From the sequence record DRR378314_1208: DNA of 55,954 bases, one strand, 5' to 3'. This document shows, one piece after another, positions 40,684 to 50,154 of the stretch. The stretch's first letter is position 1; the number at the start of each line of letters is the position of its first letter. The notes beneath the pieces are model-generated. The model was not told the origin of the DNA, searched no databases, and saw only the letters and a list, made by a program, of their open reading frames with translations. The translations under genes and the position numbers were made by a program.

Positions 40684-40936
40684 TTTTCATTAGTCGTCTT
40701 GCTCAACATCAATAATCAACTTCAGAGCCCGACAGGAATACTTCTGGACGGATATTCGTGAGGCGACTCCCATCACGAGTTTTCGGTCTGCGGAAAGCAA
40801 GCGGCCGAAATAGTGTCATCGCCTCTCAAAGCGATTTCACTTTATCCGTTCACTGCCTTCGTTGCTCATGGAAGACAAAGCGTAGGCGCGTACGACTAGA
40901 TGCATAGTCGTTGTACGTCTTGGAAACAGGCAATCT

Positions 40937-42382
40937 ATGTTCTTGAATTCAAACGGACCGGCGCGTGATGTTGACCAGCACATTGATCGCCCCGCATCTT
41001 TCCTAATTCAGCACACGAAATCGACTGTTTTAGTATACGCAGATATCGTTTCCGCGATTCTCGCGGTTCTGGTCTCAGTTACGCTTAGCAATGCCATTCG
41101 CCCTCTTCTGGGCGCGCGCCCCATAGCGATAGAATCCGTTGAATTTACATTTCACATATCTATCGTCTTCGTATTCACCGTCGCACTTTTCGCATGGTTC
41201 ACCTCCAAGGGTCACTATCGAAGACGAGAGGCGTTGATCAATCGACTTGGACAAATTCTCGGCGGCTGTGGACTGGCATTAATCTGCGCAGCCGCAACAC
41301 AATTCGCGACTGTTGAGGTTGGGTCACGATTACTCACTCTCTCTTATTGGGTGTTGCTGGTTCCTCTGATTATCATCAGTCGTTTGATTGCCGGACATAT
41401 ACTTCGTTCGGCGAACATCTGGACGAATAACGCTGTCCTGTTTACGGCGCCAAACAGAGCGGACCAGGTTTCAAAGCTCATTGAGAAACACGATGAACTG
41501 GGAATTGTGCTCACGAAGACGTTTTTCTGCTCGGGCAATGCTGCCACTAACCTTCTTAATGCCATGCGGGCAGCCACGAGTTCGGGATCTGTGATCATCT
41601 ATGCCCCGGCGCCTGAAGACCAGGAACAGCACGAGGTACTCGAATCACTGGTCGCGGAAGGGCTTCCCTTCTTGTTCTCTGCTCAGAGCAGCCCACTACC
41701 GAACCAGGCCGAGGTACATAGCTATCCTCTTGAAGATATTTCTGTCCTGGAAGTGCCCGATGTTCTTGCGAGGCCCTTGGCGCTCGCGACGAAGAGACTG
41801 TTTGACATCGCAGTGTCTTTCACGATGCTTCTAGTTCTCTCCCCTGTCTTCATTATCATTTCATCGTTCATCAAGCTTGATGGCGGCCCCGCCATGTTCC
41901 GACAGGAACGGCTTGGTCGGAACGGCGAAGTATTCAAATGCCTGAAGTTCCGTTCCATGATCATGAATGCGGAAGAACGATTGAGTCAGATGATCGCATC
42001 GGACCCCAAAGTCGCCGCTGAATGGAACGCGTATCAAAAACTACAAAAAGATCCGCGCATTACGCGAATTGGAAAAATCATACGGAAAGCCAATCTGGAT
42101 GAGCTTCCTCAGCTTATCAACATTCTTCGCGGCGATATGAGTTTGGTTGGTCCCCGCCCTATGACCATCCCTCAAATCGAAGAGTACGGTCCCTCAATCG
42201 CTGCTTACAAACGCATGCGGCCAGGGATTACCGGCATCTGGCAGACAAATGGCCGTAACTCCACCACGTTTGCGGAACGCGCCCGGATGGATGCCTGGTA
42301 TGTTCGCAACTGGTCTCTTTGGCGAGACTTTATAATTCTTGTACGCACTTTCCGTGAAGTACTCTTCGCTCGCGGTGGATAA
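40937..42382 (+). CDS. Polyprenyl-phosphate glycosyl-1-phosphate transferase (WbaP-like initiating transferase)
   Basis: N-terminal TMs; KRLFDI; FRQERLG.NG..F.CLKFRSM; DPRIT.IG; LDELPQL.NIL.GDMSLVGPRP; PGITGIWQ. Confidence 0.95.
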   Translation: MFLNSNGPARDVDQHIDRPASFLIQHTKSTVLVYADIVSAILAVLVSVTLSNAIRPLLGARPIAIESVEFTFHISIVFVFTVALFAWFTSKGHYRRREALINRLGQILGGCGLALICAAATQFATVEVGSRLLTLSYWVLLVPLIIISRLIAGHILRSANIWTNNAVLFTAPNRADQVSKLIEKHDELGIVLTKTFFCSGNAATNLLNAMRAATSSGSVIIYAPAPEDQEQHEVLESLVAEGLPFLFSAQSSPLPNQAEVHSYPLEDISVLEVPDVLARPLALATKRLFDIAVSFTMLLVLSPVFIIISSFIKLDGGPAMFRQERLGRNGEVFKCLKFRSMIMNAEERLSQMIASDPKVAAEWNAYQKLQKDPRITRIGKIIRKANLDELPQLINILRGDMSLVGPRPMTIPQIEEYGPSIAAYKRMRPGITGIWQTNGRNSTTFAERARMDAWYVRNWSLWRDFIILVRTFREVLFARGG

Positions 42383-42446
42383 CCACATCTGAGCTCGCTT
42401 TCATAGCGCTGCTTTTGCCAAGCTAATCAAGACAACTGGTATTTTT

Positions 42447-43586
42447 ATGACGCAAAGTTGCGCCCCCCAAAGCTGTTATCGTTCCATATTCGATGGAGCC
42501 GAAAAGAGCTCCATTCCAGGACTCGACGGCATCAGGGCCTTTTCCGTTGGACTGGTGATGGTCGCCCATGCAGGGTTCGGTCACATCATCCCCGGCGGAC
42601 TTGGCGTTACCATCTTCTTCGTATTGAGCGGTTTTCTCATAACAAACCTACTAATCTCGGAATGGGAGAATTCAGGAGCACTTTCAATCAGGAACTTTTA
42701 TGTTCGTCGTTACTTGCGACTGACACCTGAGCTGTACCTATACCTTCTGTTTGTGGTTGGCGCGGGCCTCATCTTGTCAAATATCAACTGGATGGATGTA
42801 ATCGCGCCTGCCTTCTATTTCGCAAACTACGCAAAGATCTTCAAATGGACGAGCGAGACCAGTTTGTTTCCAGTCGGACACTTCTGGTCACTTGCTATCG
42901 AAGAACACTTCTACATCGTGATGCCTGCAGCTTATTATCTAACTCGGAAGTCTCCATTCCGATTTGTTTTTCTGGCACTTCTCTACATCATCCTTGTTCC
43001 ATTCTATCGCGTGTACGCTTTTGAGAATTTCGCGATCGAGCGCATCTCCTACGCAAACAGCGTTTATACGTACGTCGCAACAGAGAGCCGGATCGACTCC
43101 CTATTGATCGGGTGCGTGATGGCAATCGTATGTCGCTATCGCTTTGCGAAAGTTTCGACATTCGTCTCAAAGACGTGGCCTATCCTACTGTTCGCGTCCA
43201 TAGCGTTGATGCTCGTGGCACTCGCCATTCGGAGCCACGAGTTCAGATCGACATACAGATACTCGCTTCAGAACATCTCCATTATTCTGTTCATGTTCTT
43301 CCTGTTCTTCTCCCAGTTCGGAGCCTTCATTATCGGTCTACTCGACGTCCCGGTCCTCAAACTGTTGGGAAGACTGTCTTATGGGATGTATATTTGGCAT
43401 CTCGCTCCCTGTAATTACCTGCGATCAATGGGTGATTATGTTGGCGTCGGAAATGGATACGGAACTCTTGTTGCTAACGTAATTATCGTCTTTATCGTGA
43501 CCATTCCGATAGCCTGGCTATCGGAACGATACGCACTTGCTCCCTTTCAGGCACTACGTCGAAAATTCGGTTCCGTTGGACACTGA
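42447..43586 (+). CDS. Acyltransferase 3 family (OafA-like) membrane O-acyltransferase
   Basis: IPGLDGIRA; GVTIFFVLSGFLIT; FYVRRYLRL; HFWSLAIEEHFY; GRLSYGMYIWH. Confidence 0.93.
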   Translation: MTQSCAPQSCYRSIFDGAEKSSIPGLDGIRAFSVGLVMVAHAGFGHIIPGGLGVTIFFVLSGFLITNLLISEWENSGALSIRNFYVRRYLRLTPELYLYLLFVVGAGLILSNINWMDVIAPAFYFANYAKIFKWTSETSLFPVGHFWSLAIEEHFYIVMPAAYYLTRKSPFRFVFLALLYIILVPFYRVYAFENFAIERISYANSVYTYVATESRIDSLLIGCVMAIVCRYRFAKVSTFVSKTWPILLFASIALMLVALAIRSHEFRSTYRYSLQNISIILFMFFLFFSQFGAFIIGLLDVPVLKLLGRLSYGMYIWHLAPCNYLRSMGDYVGVGNGYGTLVANVIIVFIVTIPIAWLSERYALAPFQALRRKFGSVGH

Positions 43587-43724
43587 ACCAACGAGCCTTT
43601 CCACACCTCCCATCAGTCGAACCAACCCCAACAGACGTTGAAATGTCAGCGCTGAACACGCCCTTGCGTGAGCTCTGCACATCTCTGTCGGGACGGCACG
43701 ACTATCAAACAAAGGATACCCCGT

Positions 43725-44996
43725 ATGAAAGTAGCAATTTTTGGACTGGGCTATGTCGGCTTTACCGCAATGTGCTGTATCGCATCAGAGGGCCACAGCG
43801 TCATTGGCTTTGACGTCAGTGGCCAGAAGGTAGACAAGATCAACAGAGGCGTCGCACCTTTTAGCGAACCTGGAATTCAAGAGCTTTTAACCGAAGTTAA
43901 AGACGCTGGTCGAGTGTCCGCCTTCACTGACATTGGGGATAGGCTGGCCGACGCAGATCTCGCGATTGTATGTGTGGGGACACCGAGCGCTCCAGACGGA
44001 TCACACAATATGTCCTATATTGCTGAAGTATCGCGTCAGATCGCACAGGCAGTAGACCCAAATAGAAGTTCACCCCTAACCGTCGCATACAGATCTACCG
44101 TCCGTCCTGGCACGGTTACTGGATTGATTGAGCCCATTTTCCGCTCCGAACTTGGGGACGAAGTCTTCGATCGCACGATTGAACTTGTCTACAACCCTGA
44201 GTTCTTGCGCGAAGCCGCGGCGATAAAAGACTATTTCGAACCACCGAAGATCATCATTGGCACGCGCGATGGGAAACCGAGTGCAAATATGGACAAACTG
44301 AACGCCAACATCAAAGCACCAGTCTTCTATGTCGGCTATGGCGAGTCTGAAATTACCAAGTTCGTCGATAACACTTGGCACGCGGTAAAAGTTGCTTATG
44401 CAAATGAAATCGGACGTGTCTGCATGCAACTCGGTATCAGCGCTGCCAAGACACACGAGATCTTCATCTCAGATACAAAATTGAACATTTCTCCGTATTA
44501 CACCCGACCTGGCGGAGCATTCGGCGGATCCTGCCTACCAAAGGATGTCAGAGCGCTTCAATACATTTCAGGTGATTGTGGTGCTGGCACGTATTTGATC
44601 GATTCACTACTTCGCTCGAACGACGCTCACAAATTCAGACTTTATGAGATGACAACAAAAGGCCTCAAAGCGGGCGCCAAGGTTCTTCTCGTGGGGTTGG
44701 CCTTCAAGGCGAATACTGACGATTTGAGAGAAAGCCCAAATATTGACCTTGCACGAAATCTGCTGAAGGACGGATACGATTTGTCGATCTTCGATCCGGC
44801 GGTTGATGCAACTAAACTCGTCGGCGCGAACTTGGGTTATGCCTATACCCAACTTCCCGCACTGCAAAATCTACTGGTATCCAAAGAGATTGCTGAAACC
44901 CAGCAGTATGACCGGATCATCGTTGCCAATCCAACCATCAAACAATTGAACCTTGCAGAAGGACAGGACATCGTCGACCTGAATGCGCTCGCATGA
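43725..44996 (+). CDS. Nucleotide-sugar dehydrogenase, GDP-mannose 6-dehydrogenase (AlgD)-like
   Basis: IFGLGYVG; CVGTPS; NPEFLRE; TKLNISPYYTRPGGAFGGSCLPKDVRAL; GLAFKANTDDLRESP. Confidence 0.9.
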   Translation: MKVAIFGLGYVGFTAMCCIASEGHSVIGFDVSGQKVDKINRGVAPFSEPGIQELLTEVKDAGRVSAFTDIGDRLADADLAIVCVGTPSAPDGSHNMSYIAEVSRQIAQAVDPNRSSPLTVAYRSTVRPGTVTGLIEPIFRSELGDEVFDRTIELVYNPEFLREAAAIKDYFEPPKIIIGTRDGKPSANMDKLNANIKAPVFYVGYGESEITKFVDNTWHAVKVAYANEIGRVCMQLGISAAKTHEIFISDTKLNISPYYTRPGGAFGGSCLPKDVRALQYISGDCGAGTYLIDSLLRSNDAHKFRLYEMTTKGLKAGAKVLLVGLAFKANTDDLRESPNIDLARNLLKDGYDLSIFDPAVDATKLVGANLGYAYTQLPALQNLLVSKEIAETQQYDRIIVANPTIKQLNLAEGQDIVDLNALA

Positions 44997-46273
44997 ACGT
45001 CATCAATCTCCGAAGCGCCAATAAAGGCGAGTTCCAGCCGGACGCTCAGTCCGGTTGGCAAGATCGCCTGAAGCACGACGGCAAACTCGATGGTCGCAAA
45101 ATATTGATCATCGTAGAGAACCTTCCTCTGCCATTCGATCGTCGCGTCTGGCAGGAATGTCGGACGCTTGTCGCGGCAGGCGCGGAAGTTTCCGTGATCT
45201 GCCCAACGGGAAAAGGCTTCGAAGAACGATATGAATATCTCGAGGGTGTCCATATCCATCGCCATCCACTGCCGGTCGATGCAAAAGGCGCCCTTGGCTA
45301 TCTCGCAGAATATTCAGCCGCACTGTTTTGGGAAACGGTGCTGGCGTGGAAGATATTTGTGTCCCGTGGGTTCGATACGATTCAGGGGTGTAACCCACCC
45401 GACCTGCTGTTCCTCGTCGCCTGGCCGTTCAAACTACTCGGTCGGAAGTACATCTTTGATCATCACGACATCAATCCCGAACTATACGAAGCGAAATTCA
45501 ACCGCCGCGGTTTGTTCTGGCGATTGATGGTTCTTTTGGAGAAACTGAACTTCAAAAGCGCCGATGTTGTGATCAGCACAAACAATAGCTATCGCAATAT
45601 CGCCCACAGCAGAGGTGGGAAGAAACCAGAAGACACGTTCGTTGTTCGCTCTGGTCCGGACCTGACGCGCCTTAGGCAAATGCCCAACAATGACTCGCTT
45701 CGGAACGGACGTAAATTCCTCATTGGCTATGTTGGAGTCATGGGGGATCAGGAAGGCATCGACCTCCTGCTCGAAGCGGCGCATCACATCGTCTTCGAAC
45801 GAGCGCGCTCGGATATTCAGTTCTGCCTCGTCGGCGGAGGCCCCAGCCTCGATGCGCTGAAAGATCAGTGTCGATCGCTCGGCCTCGAAGACTATGTCTA
45901 TTTCACCGGTCGCGCGCCAGATAATGTCCTGTTCGAAGTTCTTTCGTCGGCAGATGTCTGCGTGAACCCCGATCGGGTAAACCCAATGAATGATCAGTCT
46001 ACGATGAACAAGATTCTTGAGTACATGGCGTTCTCAAAACCCATTGTTCAATTCGATGTCCGGGAAGGTCGCTACAGTGCGCGAGACGCATCTCTGTATG
46101 CGAATGCGAATGACAGTACGGACATGGCGGACAAGATCCTTGAACTCGTCGACAATCCAGAAAAACGTGCGCGAATGGGCGCCTATGGAAGGCAACGAGT
46201 AGAGAGCGAGCTCTCTTGGGACTTCCAAGTCGACACACTGATTGATGCGTACTGCCGTGTGAACGAGCGATAG
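44993..46273 (+). CDS. GT4 family glycosyltransferase
   Basis: VENLPLPFDRRVWQE; CNPPD; FDHHD; GYVGVMG.QEG; STMNKILEYMA..KPIV. Confidence 0.92.
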   Translation: MNVINLRSANKGEFQPDAQSGWQDRLKHDGKLDGRKILIIVENLPLPFDRRVWQECRTLVAAGAEVSVICPTGKGFEERYEYLEGVHIHRHPLPVDAKGALGYLAEYSAALFWETVLAWKIFVSRGFDTIQGCNPPDLLFLVAWPFKLLGRKYIFDHHDINPELYEAKFNRRGLFWRLMVLLEKLNFKSADVVISTNNSYRNIAHSRGGKKPEDTFVVRSGPDLTRLRQMPNNDSLRNGRKFLIGYVGVMGDQEGIDLLLEAAHHIVFERARSDIQFCLVGGGPSLDALKDQCRSLGLEDYVYFTGRAPDNVLFEVLSSADVCVNPDRVNPMNDQSTMNKILEYMAFSKPIVQFDVREGRYSARDASLYANANDSTDMADKILELVDNPEKRARMGAYGRQRVESELSWDFQVDTLIDAYCRVNER

Positions 46274-46279
46274 TTACAA

Positions 46280-47614
46280 ATGCCGATTCTTGCTGACACC
46301 TTCCCACGGTATCTGGAGCACGATCCGCTTGTTCCAGTGTTCTGTCTGACACCTGGAAGCAAGCCTGCAATTCATCGATTCTTCGACACGTCACCCATTA
46401 GCCCTTCCGGACGATACCTCGTGGTAACGGAGTTTCCGTTCGAAGACCGAGTACCTGCTCCAGGAGACCACGCCGATGTCGTGGTTATAGACTTGGTGAT
46501 GGGTGTTGAGGTCTATCGCTCTGCCACAGCCGCTTGGGATACCCAATTAGGGGCTCAGGCCCAATGGGGAAAAACGGACACAGACCTCTTCTTCAATCGG
46601 ATGGATTCCACCACATGGGTTCCATTCGGTGTGAGAGTTGACATACTCGGCCAGTCCGAACGAAAGCTGCAGCATACGGTATACATGGTCTCTCCGGATG
46701 GAGACCACGCTCTATCCCCCTGCCTTCGTCGTATCGCCCACGTTCAACCTGGATATGGCGTCATCATTCGTGACCTATCAAGTCTTAAACATTCGGGCGC
46801 GAGCAGTAGCGACGGAATTCACATCGTCGATACGAGAACAGGAGAGTCCCGACTTCTGGTATCATTGGCGGAAATTGTCGCTGCACAGCCTGGAACGTTT
46901 GACGACATTGATCTGAGAACTGGTGGATTCTACGGGTTTCACGTCAAATGGAACCCGCAGGGTACGCGGATCATGTTCGTGATCCGGTGGGTAGGCGATA
47001 ATGGGCGGCGGGAGAGTTATCTCATCACCTGCGATCGTGACGGTGGGAACATCCACACAGCTATCGACGCGGCCACCTGGCGTGGCGGGCATCATCCCAA
47101 TTGGTGCCCAGACGGAGAAACGATCGTCATGAACTTGGTAGAACGCAAGCCACGTTCATTGCTCACACCAGTGAAACGGTTTTTGGAGAAAGCGACACGC
47201 AAAGCTTCGTCAAAACTCAAAGTTGATTTCCGGCTCGCCTCAAACGACGAAGTGTTGCGGTTCGCGTTATTTAAATATGACGGCAGCAACTTTCGATATG
47301 TTGGCAAACCACATCGCGGGTCCGGTCACCCTACCATGTGCCCAGGCCAAACTCATGTCCTGACTGACGCTTATCCGCGCGAACCCGTTTCCTACGTCGA
47401 CGGCAGCGTACCCATTCGGCGTATTGGAATTGATGGAGCGCACGCTCAGAAATTAGTTCGCATTGATGCAACCCCAACCATAAATGGTCCAAAATCCGCG
47501 CTACGTATCGATCCTCACCCTGCGTGGACACGGGACAATTCCGCAATCGTCTTCAACGGAGCCGTCAATGGCTCAAGACGTGTTTTCATTGCATTGATGG
47601 AAAACCTGAAATGA
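46280..47614 (+). CDS. Hypothetical beta-propeller protein (TolB/oligogalacturonate lyase-like)
   Basis: Blade motifs SPSGRY, SPDGD, WNPQGT, HPNWCPDGE, GHPT, RIDPHPAW; no signal peptide. Confidence 0.7.
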   Translation: MPILADTFPRYLEHDPLVPVFCLTPGSKPAIHRFFDTSPISPSGRYLVVTEFPFEDRVPAPGDHADVVVIDLVMGVEVYRSATAAWDTQLGAQAQWGKTDTDLFFNRMDSTTWVPFGVRVDILGQSERKLQHTVYMVSPDGDHALSPCLRRIAHVQPGYGVIIRDLSSLKHSGASSSDGIHIVDTRTGESRLLVSLAEIVAAQPGTFDDIDLRTGGFYGFHVKWNPQGTRIMFVIRWVGDNGRRESYLITCDRDGGNIHTAIDAATWRGGHHPNWCPDGETIVMNLVERKPRSLLTPVKRFLEKATRKASSKLKVDFRLASNDEVLRFALFKYDGSNFRYVGKPHRGSGHPTMCPGQTHVLTDAYPREPVSYVDGSVPIRRIGIDGAHAQKLVRIDATPTINGPKSALRIDPHPAWTRDNSAIVFNGAVNGSRRVFIALMENLK

Positions 47615-48939
47615 CTCCATCCTATGCATATCCCACAGCAAGAAATGGCATGAGGATATCATTATCCAGTATAATGGTATTCTTCGCAGTAATCGTATTC
47701 TCAGGTGCGTTCATCGAACAGTGGATCTTTGGGCCTGGATTCGACCGGAACATTTCATTTTCGGATCGCATACTGAACACATCGAAATTTATCCCGGTCT
47801 ATTTGTTCTTCATGCTTCGCCTGATGAAAAGCAAACGAGCACTTCGAATCAATCTTTACTATCAATGGCCGATCGTACTCTTCGCGGGATTTTATATTGC
47901 CTCTTCCGCATGGTCGATGGATTACGTTTTCTCGTTCATCAACGCGATGATTTTCCTGTGCACCATTCTCACGGCTTGGGGGATTGCAAGCACACTCAGG
48001 TATGATCAGTTTTTGAAAGCTGCGTTCTATGCACTATTGGTGATAGCGGCAGGAAGTCTACTCTATATTCTTTTCCTCCCTTCCTATGGCGTCATGAGAG
48101 GTGTTGATCAGGAATCCTTCACAAACCTGGCAGGCCTTCCACAGGGCGTATTCAAGCATAAGAGCCGTCTCGCTGAGATCATGAGCATCGCTTTTATCGT
48201 ATCGTTTTTTTCCAAAGGATACATCAAGCGGTCTCATCGCTTCCTACTTGCCGGGCTAAGCGCGTATTTGTTGCTGTCGACTGAAGCAAGCCTCAAAACG
48301 GCGGGGCTTATTGGCAGCATCAGCGTGATGTTTGCATGGGAACTTTTTGTTCAAACATTCCGAGACAAAGTGATTTCTTCGGTGATGGCATCAATTGCGT
48401 TTCTCGTGCCGGCTCTGGTATTTATAGCGCTTATTCAAACTGTGTTGCTCGCATCGGGCGAGGACATGACTTTGACGGGCCGGACAATCATCTGGGAACA
48501 TGCGGTTCAGGTCGCTATGCGATCACCAATAATCGGGTTTGGACCGTCATCGATCTGGGGCTCTGCTTTGGGATTTGTTCCCGAGTTGCCGCTATTCAAA
48601 ATCCCTCATGCTCACAACACATTTCTTGAGCTATTTTTACAGACGGGTTTTCTCGGATTAGGCATGGTGCTCTGGTACCTGGCCCGCTGTCTGGGGCTCG
48701 TTCTGTACGGCCACAACGAAATCAACTCTCGCTCACGCATAGCATTTCTGATTGTCTGGTCCGGGCTGGCTCGGTCTACGTTTGAGTTCGGATTGTTTCA
48801 AGGAAACAACCTCTCCTTCCTGTTTATGCTCATCGTCGTCTCCTACCAGTTTCTTCAAAAGGCAGACGTCCACTCACTCAGTAAACCCAGCGCCATCGAC
48901 AGCAACACTGTTGGATGGAAGCACCCGACGAAGGCTTAA
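47611..48939 (+). CDS. O-antigen ligase/Wzy-type polysaccharide polymerase
   Basis: Multi-TM; SSAWS; GVFKHK; TLTGRTIIW; PIIGFG; HAHNTFLE...GFLG; ATGA overlap with the upstream gene. Confidence 0.88.
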   Translation: MTPSYAYPTARNGMRISLSSIMVFFAVIVFSGAFIEQWIFGPGFDRNISFSDRILNTSKFIPVYLFFMLRLMKSKRALRINLYYQWPIVLFAGFYIASSAWSMDYVFSFINAMIFLCTILTAWGIASTLRYDQFLKAAFYALLVIAAGSLLYILFLPSYGVMRGVDQESFTNLAGLPQGVFKHKSRLAEIMSIAFIVSFFSKGYIKRSHRFLLAGLSAYLLLSTEASLKTAGLIGSISVMFAWELFVQTFRDKVISSVMASIAFLVPALVFIALIQTVLLASGEDMTLTGRTIIWEHAVQVAMRSPIIGFGPSSIWGSALGFVPELPLFKIPHAHNTFLELFLQTGFLGLGMVLWYLARCLGLVLYGHNEINSRSRIAFLIVWSGLARSTFEFGLFQGNNLSFLFMLIVVSYQFLQKADVHSLSKPSAIDSNTVGWKHPTKA

Positions 48940-48945
48940 GCACAC

Positions 48946-50106
48946 GTGCCAAAACTGCTGACCACTCTCAAACGAACCGACTTCTCTATCTATCAAAGAT
49001 CAATCAAAGGTACGTCATCGCACTATATTCCGGGTCTTGATGGACTGCGTGCCGTTTCTGTGTTGCTCGTGGTGATCGCGCATGCTGGCTTTGCTCGATA
49101 TGTACCCGGTGATCTTGGCGTAACAGTATTTTTCTTTATCAGTGGCTTCCTGATAACGAATTTGCTCATCAGCGAAATCGATGCGTCTCGTACAATCAAT
49201 ATTCAGCAATTTTATATACGCCGCTACCTGCGACTTTCGCCTGAACTCTACTTCTTCGTGCTTGTTTGTACCTTGGTGTCCTTCCAGTTCTATTCAGTCC
49301 CTTGGCTCGATACCCTGGGCTCTCTATTCTACTTTCAGAATTACGTGCGGATATTCTTCCCGACTGAAGCTCCAGACACGCCCCTGACGTTCAGCCACCT
49401 TTGGTCACTTTCGGTGGAGGAACACTTTTACCTGATTATGCCGACATTCATCTGGATGTTTCGGCGGCGGCTGGATGTATTCTTCTGGGTGCTTGTTGCG
49501 CTTTGTTTCATCGCGCCTGCCTATCGCTTGTTCGCATTTGAATACATCAATCCACAGCTCGAGTCTTATGCGAGCATATACACTGATCGCGCAACTGAAA
49601 CCCGTTTTGACTCAATCATCTATGGTTGCCTGCTTGCTCTTTTCGCCCGCAAGGGAAAGTTGTTCGGTATACAACCCGCCCCAGTGACGCTGTTATTGTT
49701 ACTGTGTTCGGCACTGGGAATCCTATTGTCTATACTGCTGCGTGCAGATCTCTTTAAGCATGTCTGGAAGTTTACTGTGCAAGGTATCGCCCTCTTTGCT
49801 GGAACGTATGCCTTGTACACTGCGAAGGATATCGTTCGACCGATATTTCAGATACTCGAATCCAACTTGTTCAGGGTAACGGGTCGATTGTCCTACGGTA
49901 TCTACCTTTGGCACCTCTTCCCAATATGGTTCATTCGACATGCGGAAGCGAACGGCACTTTTCCTGACCGAGATTGGCGTATCAACATCGCCATCGTCAT
50001 CGGATCCCTGATCTTTTCGTACGTAGCTGCGTACATTTCCGAGCAAGCATTGTTGCGTCCAATATCAAAACTGCGGCGTCGCTTTGGTTCTGCTGTCGCG
50101 AACTGA
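48946..50106 (+). CDS. Acyltransferase 3 family membrane O-acyltransferase (paralog of 42447..43586)
   Basis: IPGLDGLRA; GVTVFFFISGFLITNLLISE; HLWSLSVEEHFY; GRLSYGIYLWH. Confidence 0.93.
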   Translation: MPKLLTTLKRTDFSIYQRSIKGTSSHYIPGLDGLRAVSVLLVVIAHAGFARYVPGDLGVTVFFFISGFLITNLLISEIDASRTINIQQFYIRRYLRLSPELYFFVLVCTLVSFQFYSVPWLDTLGSLFYFQNYVRIFFPTEAPDTPLTFSHLWSLSVEEHFYLIMPTFIWMFRRRLDVFFWVLVALCFIAPAYRLFAFEYINPQLESYASIYTDRATETRFDSIIYGCLLALFARKGKLFGIQPAPVTLLLLLCSALGILLSILLRADLFKHVWKFTVQGIALFAGTYALYTAKDIVRPIFQILESNLFRVTGRLSYGIYLWHLFPIWFIRHAEANGTFPDRDWRINIAIVIGSLIFSYVAAYISEQALLRPISKLRRRFGSAVAN

Positions 50107-50154
50107 CAGTCCACTGAATTAAAATCCTACCGTATTTGCACAGGACTTTCTTGC

